Assembly (NCBI RefSeq): GCF_000143415.4
Contig: NW_003314327.1
Location: 1-22,317 of the forward strand
Source: Selaginella moellendorffii
Lineage: Eukaryota; Plantae; Lycopodiophyta
DNA length: 22,317 nt
Reading direction: 5' to 3'
Each line of letters begins with the position of its first letter. Position 1 is the first letter of the stretch. A program made the position numbers and the translations under genes. Below, piece by piece: positions 22,083-22,317 of this stretch. Below the pieces are notes generated by a model. It saw only the letters and a list, made by a program, of their open reading frames with translations, was not told where the DNA came from and did not search any database.

Positions 22083-22317
22083 ATGGCCTTCAGGGTTAGG
22101 GAAAAGGTTTACATTTTGAATGGTGGGAAGAGAGTTGCAAAAGGGACCCTTGTGTCTATGGATCGGAACTTTGTTATACACTGTGAAAGGCTTGGGGAAG
22201 GCAATGCTGCTGTATCAGTAGAGACTGTCTTCGATGGGAATGTGGTCGCTATTGAACGAGGAGAGATGGTCGTCGGGGTAAATGTTGTTGTTGCCTTGAA
22301 AAATCTTCAGAAGAAAG
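22083..22317 (+). CDS. Gene B (right copy, 5' part only, runs off the window): Tnp1/En-Spm-like (CACTA-associated) domain protein
   Basis: After acceptor TTTCAG (22081), ATG at 22083 opens MAFRVREKVYILNGGKRVAKGTLVSMDRNFVIHCERLGEGNAAVSVETVFDGNVVAIERGEMVVGVNVVVALKNLQKK with no stop. VA.G......vH...Lg.g...V.V..v.d is the pattern of Tnp1/En-Spm-like domains. Upstream 5'UTR intron donor GTATGT at 21772. Confidence 0.6.
   Translation, partial: MAFRVREKVYILNGGKRVAKGTLVSMDRNFVIHCERLGEGNAAVSVETVFDGNVVAIERGEMVVGVNVVVALKNLQKK

Larger units (their letters stand above)
13099..22172. repeat. Right arm of the giant inverted repeat; element sequence continues to the window end
   Basis: Reverse complement of 1-9056 with scattered substitutions (many CG/CHG transitions) and a 30-bp expansion in the acidic tract. 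Confidence 0.98.

Noticed and set aside
1-22172. Inverted repeat as a simple fold-back read artefact
   Set aside because: The arms differ by biologically patterned transitions and repeat-unit indels and enclose a unique 4-kb spacer. A haplotype misjoin is not fully excluded.

Overview
Eukaryotic DNA, most likely from a land plant and probably a seed-free lineage (inferred from TTTAGGG repeats, 47-57 nt GT-AG introns and a chromovirus-type Ty3/gypsy relic with a GGGAAAC frameshift). The window is one giant inverted repeat: left arm 1-9056 pairs with right arm 13099-22172 at roughly 99% identity by eye, and it probably extends past the left edge. The ~4 kb spacer holds decayed retroelement sequence. 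Each arm carries (A) an 11-exon gene that joins several fragments of the ORF track into one ~1626-aa protein (1636 aa in the right arm), with a ParB/Srx-like domain, a degenerate beta-class N6/N4 DNA-methyltransferase-like domain, a long basic/acidic/Pro-rich disordered region and an FCP1/NIF-type HAD phosphatase domain; and (B) the 5' end of a divergent gene with a Tnp1/En-Spm (CACTA-associated)-like domain that the ORF track misses. Each arm also holds about 19 copies of a 22-bp operator-like palindrome, ATGGCRTG-N6-CAYGCCAT, in the intergenic region, inside short introns, in-frame in an exon and downstream of the stop codon; no full copy was seen in the spacer. The best candidate for a novel system is a large plant mobile element that encodes a ParB-like chromatin protein plus its own dispersed parS-like sites, for self-recognition or anti-silencing. 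Domain calls are by-eye motif recognition, not database searches.
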